From Basidiobolus meristosporus CBS 931.73 (taxonomy: Eukaryota; Fungi; Basidiobolomycota), in the NCBI GenBank assembly GCA_002104905.1, contig MCFE01000061.1:129233-193232 (forward strand): a stretch of 64,000 bases of DNA. Reading direction: 5' to 3'. A model generated the notes under the pieces. It worked only from the letters and a program-made list of their open reading frames with translations. It did not search any database and was not told where the DNA came from. The translations under genes were made by a program, and so were the position numbers. The stretch's first letter is position 1. The number at the start of each line of letters is the position of its first letter. This document shows positions 38,901 to 53,589 of the stretch, piece after piece.

Positions 38901-41220
38901 AATGCATTTCTTAGCAGGTATCTCTCCATTTACCAAACGGTGATTCGATCGTATTGTATAGCTTGGATTTTAAGGTTTACGCGATGGGACAATCATTCAA
39001 TATTCATGGAGCTGGTCAACAGGTAATGCACTTGGCCTTCGGGAATGCACCGAAACAGCCACTAACCTGGCCGCTCTGTTGCCTTGCAGATGTGGGGAAG
39101 CCTATCCTGACTTCGCCTTCAAGCCGTAAAATCGGGGTATTCCCGGTGCAAATCATATATCCACAAAACCGAGTACACTCCAACTATGTATTGGTCTTTT
39201 CGGACCGTGCGTGGAAAATCATCTCTACCTCTAACGGGCTAGCCTTCGACAGTATCTCGTTTAATCAACCAGAGCAGGTATGTGTACACAGCAATGACAT
39301 ATCAAGCAATGCTAATCCTGCATGGGGTATATGTCAGATTACTGCGGCCACGTCGTTTGCCGATGGGAGTGAATGTGATGGCTACTTGACTGTGACCAAG
39401 AACGTATTGAACTATGTCTATTTGGACAGCGAAAAGCGCAACAATGTCCGCTATATCGCCAAGGAAAATGTATGTCAAAATAGATATTTGACCATCCAAA
39501 TAGTGCTTACTCAACCGTTTCAACGTTACCCTGAATCACTGCAGACACCAAGACGAATTCTCTATGATAAACTGACCGAGAAGTTTCTCATCGCTTGCAA
39601 TGTGGAGTCCAGCTCACGACCAACAACTATGCTAAAGCTGATCGAACCACTAAGGTAGGAGATTATCCCAGCGGTCCGACTCTGTGCTATCCTAACAATG
39701 GCCTGTCTAGTGGCGAAGCTCTTGCAGAACAAAGAATGAGGGAGCAGGAGATTGTATATTCATTGTGTGGTATGATAATATCGCGACGATTTTCCTTATT
39801 CAACAGCTGACCAAGTACTTGAACAAGTCTGGAACATCCCTGGAAAAAGAAAATACAGGTACATATGTGTAGGAACCGGAATCCACGATGCGGGATCTAT
39901 ACCCCATCATGGCAGACTCCTCATCTACAACATCAAAAAAAACCCTCCTCGGAAGCAAGCCATTTCGGTAATTAGCAGGTTGCATTGGCTTGTTTCTGCT
40001 GAATGCTTATCTTGAAATCGTACTTTAGGAGGCTGCTACTTATGAACTCAAGCTCGTCTGGGAAAATGAGCGAGCTGGTGCCGTATACAGTGTTTGTCCA
40101 TACGAGGATGGGTATGCAATTACCTTCCAACATTCTTAGCCCCTCGTTTTAATCGACTCGAGGTTTAGGTATCTATTGGTGGCCGCCGGAAAAACACTTT
40201 ACATGTTTTATCTAGACTTGAATTTAAAAAAGTAAGTTGGCTCTTCTTCCTCAAATTGGTCAGTTTCGCCTTGACTAACCTATCTCTAGGCTGGTAGAGT
40301 GTTGCAAAATCAGTATTCGCTCGCCAGTGGTATCCATTAGCGTCCAAGGCTCTTGGATTAGTGTCGGTACTCAGAAGGATTCGGTACTGTTCTACACATT
40401 TGATAAAGTGCAACAATCGTTGGAGTTCGTGAGAGGGTGAGTGCATCCGCACATTGAATTGTAAATGCCATTCTAACGTATCCTAACCATCATCCTTAGT
40501 GCGCGCCATTTAAGACTGGTCGCCAACTCCAAATTCATTAGTGAGAAACTGTCTGTGGGAACAGACAAGCTTGGAACTGTGTTTGGAATGACTTACGGTA
40601 AAGCCTAGTAAGGTCCTCGGCCACGTTTTTTATTCCCTAACCTCGCACCTACTTTTATAGATGAAGAATCGGTCAGAAGACCCCTCAACGATTCCTTCGC
40701 CTTTAACCAAGGCGAAACCACGTTACGGTTGAACATAGGATCCATGGTTTATGAGTCTGCTGAGAACTGCGCCTACAAGCGCCTTGGTTGGTCAGAAACC
40801 ACAGGAGAATCCGAGAAAAACAAGCCCTCCATTATTGGATGCTCTATTATCGGAAGCGTGGTCTTATACCTGCGTCTAGATGAAAAAGTGTTCTCTACAC
40901 TGGAGGAGCTTCAAACTATCCTTGCCAAGCACCCATGCACCAGACCGCTACTTGGCAACAATCATTACCGATTTCGATCGTTGGTTGTCCCAGCCAAAAA
41001 CGTTATTGATGGTGAAATGGTATCACAGTTCCTACTCTTGCCTTATCCAACCAAAATGGAAATCATCCAAGCATCTTGCTTTTTTGATCAAGTTGGGCAG
41101 GATCTGGCCGACAGGTCCACTCAGGAGATCCATCCAAATGATGCTGAGCGTACAAGGCATGAATTAGTTATCGCATGGATTTCACAAATATTACAGGAGC
41201 TCAATCAACATTGTAATTAA
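35904..41220 (+). CDS. DDB1/Rse1/MMS1-type triple beta-propeller protein (MMS1_N + CPSF_A-like), many exons
   Basis: FGIVKDMKLL, LVFLSDSGVLSF, YLGRSLCVDP..RALAVAAWQD, NWSPVLDF, GANRLWSL, PAKNVIDGEMVSQFL. Confidence 0.8.
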
Positions 41221-41350
41221 CGCGAGGATCTTTTCTCGGCAGGCATCAGTTCTATCAGGGTTTCTTACTTTGTAATAAATACTTGGAATTTAGAGATGTA
41301 CATTCATGACACTTCGGTATATTGCTAATCTGACATCTTCTACGGTTTAG

Positions 41351-44300
41351 TTAAAATAGCCCATTGTTGAAAGCGGGGGATCTTCTAGGCTCAACAATGG
41401 CTTGAAGCCTGCGCTTGACCGTTCGGAATTTTGGATCTTTTAGAGTGATCTTAAGCGATTTGAGTAGCTTTAAATATGTTGTCTGTCTTGCTGAAAGCGT
41501 AGTGTAGAAGGCAGACATTCCCAGCCTAACAAGATTGCCCGTTAGTTATAGAGATACCTTCTGAATCTATGGAGACTATCCAACTCACCAAGTCACCTCA
41601 GCTTCCGTCACGCTCATCAACGCAGGCTTCGCTTCTTTCGGACTAGGTCGTGATCGGCTTTTCAATAAGACATATCCGAATTGTACTATGTCGTATATTA
41701 TATCTTCACGAGAGTTGAGAAAGGAAATTGATGGGATGAAGGCATGAAGCTAGCCGAGGCGTACCTGTTAGATGCTGCTCTCGTTGCTGGTGGAATGTTC
41801 TCAAGCTCTGTGAGTATCTATGGAATTTCATGGCGCATAGCAGATAGCTCTGGTAGATGTTCAGTAATATGGTAGAGACTTGATTGAAGCCAGGGTTGAT
41901 AAATATTGGATGAAAGCGAGGCTTCAGCACTCTAGTAGAACAAGATGAATTTCAGCTCCATAATTATCTTCAAATCTGATCAGTAATCCTTACTGCATCA
42001 ATTTATGCCGAAAAGCGATCCCAGGTTTGTTGATAGTCTCAACTGTCAGAGTGTTATTGATATCTAGAAAAGGCCGGAAGGATTAGTTACTCTAGCTCAT
42101 CCATTCCAGCATCGAGCTACTTACAAGTTCCTATATACCGATTGTAGTCGGTCTTGACATCAAGAGTTCGGGTGTTTATCAATAGGCCACACCAAGGAAA
42201 TTCTAATAAAATGAATCAGATACACATCCAATTGTGTTACAAATAGCGTATGTACACAACCAAGGTTGTTCTTATTTTCAACTGCAATACGGCTGACAGA
42301 TTCCCCATGAATTTTTACTTCGAAATTCGTCAAGGTTTTTTGGGGATTGATGAAGCACCCATAATCCGCATTTCCTAGGTGAGCATGTATTAACACTGAA
42401 CCTAATAGCATGACAAGCTTTCGAATCTCCAAGCACATACCAGTATGCATCACTTCGAGGAACCGTATCACTTTACTCTTGTCCAAACTGATGTAAAGAA
42501 AATCGTCCACTAGTCTCAACAAAAGCTACATATTGAATAGTGTTAGTAAATCATGGATGAAGCGGGGTTTTTGCTGTTTACTAACTCCGTCATTGGTTGC
42601 ATTAATAAATGCCAGGTGTTCCTTTTCGAAGTGGCCGTAAAAAATGCTAAATACCAGGTTAGCAACTGTTTCATTACTACGTCTCATTAGTGGCGTACCT
42701 GCAGAGTAGGGTAGACACAATCGAGCCTTGAGGTATGCCACCAGTTTGCTTGTAAAACTTATTGTCTATCTTAACCAGATTCTTGGATATATGCTCCTCT
42801 AATAAAGTTAAAACTGTGCGAATATCTTCAAATCCGTAGGCAACCTATGGACAATGCACCAATGAGTCATGCAGCCTATAAAACGTCAAATTTTCGATAA
42901 TACCTGATCTATGAAAACAACATGCTGCATATTGCTCGCCATATCTTGCGCCAGTTCCGGAAATTGCGTAAAATCATCTAATGATAACCCGCTTAGATAA
43001 GAAAATAATTTATGGCTCACATAGCATAGTTACCTCCAGCACGAGCTTTCCGAATAAATCTCTTCCTCAATCTTCCCGCTGATGGATAAATAGCGGTGTA
43101 TTTCTGAAGCATATATTCTTCCTAGTGAATCGAGATCATATGAATGGGTCGCTCAAAGCAATCCTTCCTGCGAGGACATACTTCCTTGAAGATCGCCTTC
43201 AGAATGGATAGTAACTTAGCTTGATTAATAGAATCGAAAGCTCCTTTGATATCCACTTTGGCAAAATAAAATTTCGAGCTGCTATCCAGTAAGCACCTCT
43301 AAACCGCAATTAGATGGATTAACATGTATCTTACCTTGCGTTGTCGACAAATATTCTGGCTTTGAATTCTTTCAGTTTCCAGTATATGTCATTCATACCC
43401 AGAACAGAGCTTCCCATAATGTCCGGTTGACGCGCCTATACAATTGTTCATCGGGTAAACTTAGTGGCAAAGTTTCAGGTCAACTTGAAAGATACACGAA
43501 AACGACCTTTTCAAAAGTCAATATCTGAAATGCATTTTGCAATAGGGTATTGATGGAAAGCCCTAGCTCTTTCTTACGACTTTTTGTTTTGCTCTGGACA
43601 GTGCTGGATAGCTATAGAATGCTTAGTATAGAAAGATAGCAGATATACCACGTTGTTTCTTTACATTCTTGATGTATTTTCGGCGTAAATTTACGATTGG
43701 ACGTACGCCATTCTCTTTTGGCAATAGTCGTAAATAAGAATAGCCGATATCGCGATTTAGTAGTATTGTCTGTGCCTCGTCCTAACATATAGATGCAGTG
43801 AAGAGTAAGTCAGTTGTACTAATGCAGACAAATATGCCACACGCACTATACTGATTCTTGTATATATACTGGATATAAGCTTATTCAATGCAGGCTTTGA
43901 AATTGTCTGCCAGAAATCTTGTCTGAAGTAAAACACACGATTACGATGCTGTGAACTCTCAGTGATGTAAAAATTCGTCTGTTGGTAGTGTTAGATTGGT
44001 TATTCATCTCTAATCAAACCTGATTTACCCACTTTCAATAACGGTATCACTATCGAGTTAAAAAGGTACGAAACAAATTCGTTGAATAGTTCTTTTCGTT
44101 TTTCCGTATCACTGGGGGCTTTGTGGCCTGTTTTGACGCGATCCGAATCAAGCCATTCACAGTCGCTGAGCTAGAGTGGGTTTAGTAAAGAAAGGAGCCA
44201 AGGAGTCAAAACAAATAACAAACCTTAACGTTCTGTACAATTTGATGAAGCGACATTGACTCATACCTACGACCACGAATAAACTGACTGATTGCTGGGG

Positions 44301-46485
44301 GATGGTGTAAATGGGAGGCCTTGAGATTTTGCAACAATAATGCTCCTAACCTTGATATATAAACTGGCGATTTGGCTCAGATCCCCAAAGTTCATAAGGA
44401 ATTATCCGGTTCAGAGCAGAATGCACAAAGCATGTTACCTACGTCCCAGCTATGGTAAACACAGGAGTAGTAAACTCACGAAACTCATGACGTACTTGAT
44501 GATAAGAAGAGTAAGGCATTTTAGAAGCCGATCTGTCCTCATTATATGATGCAAGTGGGATCAAAGAGGAAATTGATACGTTGTCAACCTATGAAGTCAG
44601 CCATGAGTGAGCAGGTATCAAGGCGTTGGAGAATCATCTGATGGAAGCAATATAATACCGAGAGAGGACAGCTCCTTATCAATAGTGCTCGATAGTTGCA
44701 TTTCTTGTGTAACAGCGTAAGCTTTTTGATCAAAGCTGCCGCCTTTTTCAATCGCCAAGGAATCTTCAGACTCTTGTCATGCTAAAGCAAGGCTTCATGT
44801 TACAAAGAGGGGTCGTATCAAGTGACTCATATAAGCGTACACTTAATCTCTGGGACGGCGAGAATGGCCTTTGGTTAAACTGGCTAGGAAACACCATCAG
44901 CATGATCTCTTTAAGAGAGGCAACATTTAGGTGATCTACATAGTAGAACTGTAAACTCAACAACGTCAGTGTTTCGAATGATCAAGCCGATCAACTTACG
45001 AGTGTATGGCAGGCCGAAATATACAGGGATTTTGTGCTTTCGAATAGGGCGAGAGTAGAAGATTCTTGAACGTTCAAATACAATGGCAGTGGGTTTTCTA
45101 GCGGGGAGTTGTCAACAGTATAACAAGCAGTTAGATCCCAGCCCTGGGTATTGAAGAATGTGATATCCACCCACTTTACGGATTTTGTGTGGCTGGTCTT
45201 GTTTGATGAGGCTAGCTTTTCTGAAAGGCTAGACTCAGTACGAGCATATTTCACAGGAAAAGGCTCAGTCACTTCAAGCTGAAATTTCCTTTTCAACCCA
45301 GCAGCACATACACTTGTGTTTGGAATGAAACCATTGTTTTCTGTGCCTAGACAGCCTGAAGCTGGAATGCTCGATAAATCACCCTGCTTATCACTCACAT
45401 TATGTGTATAACCATCGGGAGTCTGCTGGATGGATGAGTGGCTGATACCGCTTGCCGCTCCAGCTTCGTTTTTTGAGTAGGACGCTTGCACTTCCTCTGA
45501 GCACTGATTTTCGCCTTTCCTTCTTTTTCCCCGCCGGCGTCGCTTTCGCAAAGGCCTCAGCTCAGGTTCATCCTCACTTTGGCTCGGTTTGAAACGAGGT
45601 ATATTTGTGTTGGCATTGACCGCTTTCGAATTGAAAACTGCTTCAATAGACTTTCGAAACAATTTGGGTGGAACATACATAGACTTTTGCAGTCTAGTGC
45701 TAGACACAACGATATCAGATATGGGTGTTCCTTGAATGCGCTCTTTACGTAAGTACTATTGTTTTAGTTATAGTCCGCAGAATTTTGAGCTTACCTGTTG
45801 CTTGATAAAAGCAGTCATTGGGTAGAGGAAGAAACAGCAAGGTATCCAATAACAAATGATACATCATTTTCTCTCCAATTCTATAGAGGCATTAATTTTA
45901 TATAACAACGTCCTAAATGTTACTTGAGATACCTTGATAGGAGCGTTTCCCAATGTTTAGACTTAAGACTATTGACAATAGTGTTTGGAAAGTAGTTTTC
46001 AACGCTGACCAAGCCAGGTACTCCATACGTATTATGGTTACGGATCTAAAGCGTGATTGTTTAACTTTGGGAATTTATGATTTTTTCTGATTTTTTAGGA
46101 AAGCTCACTCGTCGATAACCAAGAGTCATTATATTGCTAGGATTTCCCCTTGCGTATTGGAAAATGGTCTGAATGACCCGATTCACTATCTAAAGGCAAA
46201 CTAAGTCAAGGATCTTCGGCAGGAATCACGCGATGGAAAACTATGTACCTCCCCTTGTGTAGATAGGACATCGCTTTGAAATGAAGCTATTTCAATAGGC
46301 TTCGTTTCAACTACAAGGGTTCTTGCCAGAAATTCTTGATATTCAATACTATCACTTTCTAGTAAAACACGACGCTGCTTTGTGTCCTTTTTCAGGAAAT
46401 ATTCCAGCAAAGAGGTTATGTTTTTAAACAAGTTGGCCAAGGTAAGCGAACGAATAGGAGGAGTGGCAGACTCTTTGTTCGACAT
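41351..46485 (-). CDS. TERT: Telomerase reverse transcriptase, multi-exon, apparently intact
   Basis: T motif [21 protein letters not shown]; motif [14 protein letters not shown]; B' [13 protein letters not shown]; [12 protein letters not shown]; [10 protein letters not shown]; E (W)CGLLINTR; C-terminal [16 protein letters not shown] ending at TAA (41351). Confidence 0.95.
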
Positions 46486-47757
46486 ACGAGGACGAGTGAA
46501 TATAGCAACGCTAAGTCACGAAATGGTGGAAAGAGAAAAGCCCAAGTTAATTTAGCATCGGGACTGTATTTCGATCGGGCAACGAGGTGGATAAAAAACA
46601 ATACTTGTTGACAACTCGATTTGTTTGAGGGTTGCTAGATTACTGATTATGCCTACGCATGAGATTTGTCAGATCCTACCAAGGGGAAAGACCGAGATTT
46701 CGAGGTTTAGGATCCGCTTAACATTAGAAAATGGATAACCAGCAGTCACCAAAGCACTGAGTTTTGTCAGAGCGGTTAGTGTTCCCAACCACTGCACACT
46801 TTCCAAGACTTTATCTTCACGTATAGCAGTGAGGTTGGGACACTCCTCAGGGCACATGACCTTTGAGCGACGTGGTGGCTGTTATTCAAGGAATACGCCA
46901 TATACATGTAGTGCTGAATAAATGCATATGCATTCATTCACTCGATAGTCTTGCTCAAATCTGGTTGTGAAGTGTTGTTCCCAAGCCCATTCTGGATTGG
47001 CTGGTGGGCACATAAAACCCATGAATTAACTATTAAGGAGTGACAATTTAATTCACCATACACAGCTACGCTTCCCTCGCCATTTACGGGATCATCAATA
47101 TAACATAAAGTTGGTGGATTAGCCAGTATGTACTAATGTGTTGGCGACTGATCACCATTGGCTATTGACAGAAGCGTGTATAAAGCTTCTTGTTCATCAC
47201 TCCGCGGCGAATCATGCTGGAATTCTCTGAGTAGAATCATTTCTACGGCTAATTGAGCAATTCAAAATGACACCACAGAGTAATTTCAAGTCAGTATTTG
47301 TACTATAAAACCCTCATACCTGGGCTCAAACTGGTTACTTGTCTAAAACGGAATGGATTAATATCATTGCAAACCAGTGTGTTACTGCAATGTTGTCCAG
47401 TGTGAGCACATTGGTATTCAACTCAAAAGACTAATTTGCAGAAACTGTGTGACGGTAGTTTCAATTAGAAATGACAACGAGATTAGATTGCATATATGAC
47501 GAAAATACAGCCTAATGGGCAGATCACCATGAATGGAAGCAAATCAGAGTGCGTGAATTAGTGTTACTTTGCAACGTTGATGATATCTCGTATTCACTCA
47601 TTTATATCTGTTGGCCTTGTCAACTGAGATCACTGCTTCCTTCTATTTCAGAACCGCTGAATAGACCATTAACCTTGGACGTCCTTGAACTCTGCCCCTT
47701 CCTCTAACTCTCTCTAAGCTACTGTATTTAATCCTAATCGGCCAACGAGTCAAAGCT

Positions 47758-48477
47758 ATGAGGCTTTTCAGACAAGAGCGCGTGTCTAAACAAAGAACCT
47801 TCATCCCAAAGAGCAAGCACGAGCTATTAGCACATGAGGCTCGAGATATCATGACTGGTAAACGAAAACAATTCGACTCGGGACGGACTATAAAGGCACT
47901 TCAAAATCCAGACACAATGAATAAAGTGCTTCCAATTCTTCGGAAGCTACCCGAGGCTGACACTCCCCATGCAATCGATCTTCTGTTCACCCAGGAGCCA
48001 CCACAACCTACCTCAACTGTCCATTTTGCCATCAAGGAGGTTCGGCAAAGAATTGAACTTGTAAATTTCTCTCCCTTAGATGCTATAGCCACCAATCAGG
48101 GCCCTCTACTTAGTAATCGCAGTGGACCTCCACCTAGAGATGTGGTATCAGTATACACCTATTGGTGGGGTTATGAGATATATTTGCCGGATCAGCTAGT
48201 CAAAGAGCTTATAAAGGATGGAAATACAGCGGTCGCTGCTGCTGGACTGATCGCCGCACTGTCAGCGGCAGTTCCTGCGTTGGCTCCCTTTGTAAGAGTA
48301 ATATCTGCCTTTATAACACTACAAATTGCTGTAATCCAGAGAAAAGATCACAACTCCGGGATTATCTTAACCTCCTCCTGGTAAGCAGCATGCACTTTTC
48401 AATCCGCGCTACTTGTTAACTAACTGCTTGAGATTAGGATTCTTCCTGCACTTCTGGTCCCACGCCAATGGAAATAA
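47758..48477 (+). CDS. Hypothetical protein with YWWGYEIYLP motif and hydrophobic C-terminus (2 exons)
   Basis: 208-aa ORF ending at GT, then a short terminal exon ILPALLVPRQWK*. Protein-like composition, no assignable family. Confidence 0.6.
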
Positions 48478-49559
48478 TAATACTAAATAAGTTTGTAAAT
48501 AAATCGATCTAATCATTGGCGTAGATTTGTAAGCATTTGATACCCAAGCTATGCTTTATGCGCATGTGCTTGAACCATCCAACCATTGTGTAGAGCAGAT
48601 GTGGCACCAGCAGATCCGACGGGGGCCTTGTCGCAATTGGTACATATTGCAATGAGATTGTGCTCCAAATATTACATTTGATAAGGATATCATACAAATG
48701 AGTATCTGGCCATGACAAATATATCACTTCCCAGTATTCTCTTCAATTACTACTCGGAGGTAATGGCAATGAGGGACAGGCGTTTGGATGGGTTTAAAAT
48801 TCTAAGCACTTGGTTAATTTGGAATCTACTCGTCTATATTTCGATCACATGAGCGTAGTAACAGCTACCAAGCTTCTGCACCTTAGCCCTTAAATTATGC
48901 TTACAGTCGTCGATGCCTACTCAGCTCTGGTATCCTTACATCACCCGCCCACCCACTAGTCCGCACTGCTGCTGAATTGCATCATATGAATGAATGTGAC
49001 ATATTTGGCTCACTTATTGGGGCTAATGCTCGTCCAATTCGGTATCGAAGATTGTTGGTTTGTATATCAACGGATTGAAAAAGGAAACCATCCAAAATTA
49101 TTGAATGCTTGGTATTATACACAGGTAAGGTTTGCTTGTCCCTTCCGCAGCTGCCCCAATAAGGCTGCAAACTTGAATATCTCGGCAGGATTTCCGCTGA
49201 GGACTACCACGTTCATACAGTGTCTTGATGGTATTCCACCTTGTTTCTCGCCAGAAATCATCTGTATGCTTGAGCTTCAGATTGTAACACTATGAGTTAT
49301 ACTTTAAACTGGCCAATGACTCCGGATTCTACAGAGCTGTATGCTTCATTGAGGTGGGATCATTTATTCTCTCCAGAGTTTCCAAGATCCTAATGAATTT
49401 GTAAATCTTGTACGACTATCAGACTTGGAATATTTGCTTGCATCCGATCTCTTCACTTCAAGCCTATGATTTGATTTCTCTTTGTTTATGACCAACTATT
49501 TTGTACTCCTTGCAATTTATGAGACTATTGGTGAATGTCCTATATTTGGATATTCTTGA

Positions 49560-49800
49560 ATACACATATAATAATCACTAATCCTAGAATGCTCCCAGTA
49601 AATGTGGTTTTCTTGTTGGCTGACTTTTACTGGTATTTCCAATCATGTGAATTAAGGGTTTCATTGTAAGAGAAACTGTTTCAATGTTGCAAATATATAG
49701 AGTAGGCAGCACTTGCTACATGCATCTTAGAAGTGTTGTAATGGATATTGTTGAAAGAGTTTTTGAGATATTGGAAGTGATTGAGAGCACAAGTAGATTA
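49560..49800 (+). pseudogene. Possible heavily decayed protein-kinase fragment
   Basis: Frameshifted fragments LADF (49616-49627) and RVGSTCYM (49699-49722) are spaced like DFG..GTxxYM; many stops. Confidence 0.2.
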
Positions 49801-50552
49801 TGTGGTTTTCACTAAATGATTTATTGAATGTAAGAGTGGAATTTATACTTTTACATGGTCTTGGAAAATATGCTTGTAGAATATGCTTAGGAAGGTGCCA
49901 AGAGCATTTGTGCAAAGCATGGGACTGCTTGGACAACTTTGGGAAATTTCATGCTCTGGGTACCTGATGCTTTGGTGAAAATGTTGTATGTAAATCCCAA
50001 CACGGAATTTGGTGAAAATTCTCCAAGATTTGTAGATCATGATCTAAATGACTAAGTAAGGTGGATACTTGGGTGCAATTACAAATCTTTACAACAGATA
50101 CAAGCACCATATGATATGTATGGTATTCTTGTAATAATTGAGTGCTGGAAATTCAATATTGATGTTGAATACTCCACAAAGTTGGCCATGCAACTACCTG
50201 TAGAGCTCATAAGCCTAAATGCAAATAATCATACTACGCATATATTACCTTCAATATTATTCCTCTGATATATACTATAATCTTCAAGATTAGGTAAACT
50301 TTGTAATATTGTTTGGATTTGTGCAGCAGATGATTTCTAAATCTTATAGTGAGTCCATAAGCCAGATCTTGGCCAGTATTATAGGATATAATGCAGTAGA
50401 ATTATCTGAGCCATATTACTAAGCATCTGCACATGGGAATCCATAAAGTTCTAGATATGACCCTCATCAATACACATGTGCTATGAGGAGCTTCAAGAGC
50501 TCAATCCCTTTGAGAAATAATCTGATCCTGTGGGTGGATCTAAACTTGATTG

Positions 50553-50881
50553 TGTTGTAAAAATTTGGAATTCCACCTAAATATTCACCTAACTTAGTCA
50601 CTTAGATCATTACCTTCAAGTCCTAAAGAATACTGACTAAATTCCTTGTTGGGATTTATTTAGAATATTTACCCAGAACATAAAAATTAGATAAATTGTC
50701 CAAACAGCCCTAAACTTTGCACACATGTTCTTGGGGCCTTCCTTAGCCTATTCTACGTGTTTGTTATGCCAAGACAAGGTAAAAGTATAAATACTACTTT
50801 TACATTCAATAAGACATTAAGTGAATACCACATAATCTACTTATCCTCCCAATCACTTCCAATATCTCTAAGACTCTTACA
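50553..50881 (+). repeat. Copia 5' LTR
   Basis: TGTTG...CTCTTACA, immediately followed by the PBS; aligns by eye with 53590-53931. Confidence 0.8.
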
Positions 50882-51630
50882 ATAGGCTATGGGTCCCAAG
50901 CTATCACTCTCTGCAATGTCAACTACTGCTATTACTGAAATTTTTCCCTCTGCTGTAAAGTTGGATGGATCTAACTACCAAGTGTGGAAGGTCAAGATGA
51001 AGATGCTCAACAAGAAATAGGCCTTTGGGATATTGTCATGGGAGAAGATTGCCCTCCTAAAAATGTGGGAGAGGAAGCCTTGAAGTACCAGAAGAAAGAA
51101 CAAAGAGCCTTCAACTGCATTTGCCTCAATGTTATAGACAAATTGCTAATTCAATGCTCAAGAGCAAAAATGGCAAAGAATGCCTGGAAGGCATTAGAAG
51201 ACACCTACCAGTCATGTTCAGCTGCTAAGAAAATGTATCTGAGACAAAAATTCTTTACTACAAAGATGCAGCTGGTAGAAGAAATGAAAAATCTAACTAG
51301 CAGAATTACCCTGCCGGTAGATGAGATGGAATCTGTGGGCATACCAACTACTGATGAGGATGTGATAGTAACTATCCTGAATAGCCTGACAGACAAGTTT
51401 CAGGGCCTTGTATCAGCCCTAGAGTCCAGAACTGAAGATTTGACCTTAAATTACGTATATGGAAGGCTCCTGGATGAAGAATTAAGAAAATCAAGTGTCA
51501 ATAAGAAGGAAGAAGAAAATGATTTAATAAGCAATGATAACCAACAAAGAAGGTACATAAGACCTTACAAAGGCAATAGCAACCTGTTTTTCAACCTCTG
51601 CAAAAGGAAAGAACACACATCAGACCATTG

Positions 51631-52140
51631 TGTTTTGAATAGACACAAGGCAGGAGAGTAGGGCTAGGTAAGGCAGGACCAGGAAAGGACTTAGGTGTGG
51701 ATCAACAAGGCAAGGCTGTTTATTCAAGACCTGTGTTTATCAGACTGAGGAATACATAAGGGGGGATAGGACTATATATACTTTTTGGCAATATGGATGC
51801 TGAGAGATATTGGCTAATACTGATGGGGTTCTGGGGTGAGGCACAGTAAGTGTGCCAAGATAGAATATACTAAAGAACAGACTGGAATATCACATGGAGA
51901 TATGTCAGGGGTCAGCTGATCATGTAACTAGGTCATGTGATATGTAGTTAGCATATATGGCATGGGACTACATAAACTCTAATGGGAAGCTTCCATAGAA
52001 TGCTCCATTGTGTAACATTGACTTGGAGCTTTCAAGAAGTTGTTAGAATGTAGTAGAACTTTCTAGAAGGAACTGGGATTTCTTCACTGACTTGATTTGG
52101 CTAGATAATTGGAGACCAGGGATGTCATGTGATCATGACA
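51631..52140. mobile_element. Solo LTR (510 bp) inserted into the copia gag zinc-knuckle region
   Basis: TG..CA termini and near-perfect 5-bp TSD (cattg/cagtg); removing it restores the frame ..DHC|LKKRDNQQKK.. Confidence 0.8.
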
Positions 52141-53589
52141 CAGTGTCTCAAAAAGAGAGATAATCAGCAAAAGAAGCCTGAAACTGGGAATACTACAACA
52201 ACTGAAGATGGACTATTCATATCTGCACTAAATAGGACCACAAACAAGGACTCTCAGACGTGGTATATTAGCTCTGGAGCATCTCAGCACTTTACACACC
52301 AAAAAGAACTATTTACCCAATATCAAGAAATTCCAATCAAGAAGGTTTTCATGGGTGACAATAGAACACTTGATGCAGTGGGAGAAGGAACTATCCAAGT
52401 AAACCTCAGAAGCAGTGAAGGAAGCCATACATGAACCTTTAAAGAAGTACTTGATGTATCATAAATAGCCAAGAACCTACTATCTGTAAGCAAGGCCACA
52501 GCAGAAGGACTCAGTCTTGGCTTTGACTATTCAGGATGCAGGATCACTGATCAAAATGGTGCCCATATTGCTTTGGGCATCAGAGATCAGAATCTATACA
52601 AGCTGACTTATATTCCATCATATTTGGAAGCCAATATAAGTAACTTAAATGAGGAAACACCAATGCTTTGGCACAGAAGATTTAGGCACATCAATTTTGA
52701 TTATTTACACAAAATGATCAAATATCAGCTAATTTCTGGAGTAAAAATTGATCCCCCAGCTAATTTGGAGCACTGTGAAGCCTGCATATATGGGAAACAA
52801 GCCAGATAACTGTTCAAGAGCTCTAGGGTTATCAAAACTAAGAAAAAATTAGATCTAATTCACTCAGATCTGTGTGGACCTACGCAAAATTTATCCTTAG
52901 GTGGGATGAAGTATTTAATCACTTTTATTGATGATTATATAAGATATACATGGGTCTACATCATGGAGAGAAACAAAGAAGCTCTGTCTAAGTTCAGGGA
53001 GTTTAAAGCCATGGTGGAGAGAGAAACTGGTGAAAAAGTTAAGATTACCTGATATCAAGGTCAAGTATTCCAGATAACCTCTTAAAATAATGTCTGAGAA
53101 CATATTCTATAATCCTCTGAAAATGATCAGAGTTAGTAAGCTGGTGGAATATACAGGTTAGTAAGGTATATTCCAGGTTTCTCCAATCCTACAGCTCCCA
53201 ATATCTCAGGTAATAGCTTTTTGGCCAATAAGCACTACATTTTCCAGGTGGAGATTAGGTCCACTAATTTTCATACCAAATCTGGCAGTCACCTGCTTAC
53301 TGCTTGCACCAGAAATTGTAACTAATACCTTCCTGGAAAGTACATCATCAGAAGTGCCCCAAGTTTGAGATTTTCACAAGGTTAGGTGTTAAGTACAAAG
53401 TTAAAAACAAACCTTTAGAGATAGCTCACTACTGGGAATGCATTAAACATGTCAGTATCTTGAAAAATCCTGTTGCTAGTTTATTGAGATACTTGGCTTC
53501 ATAACCAGTCAGTATTATTCACTTCATTTGAACTTAACCAAGTAGTATAACTTACTGCTTACTCACCAACATTCAAAGATAGCAGAATC

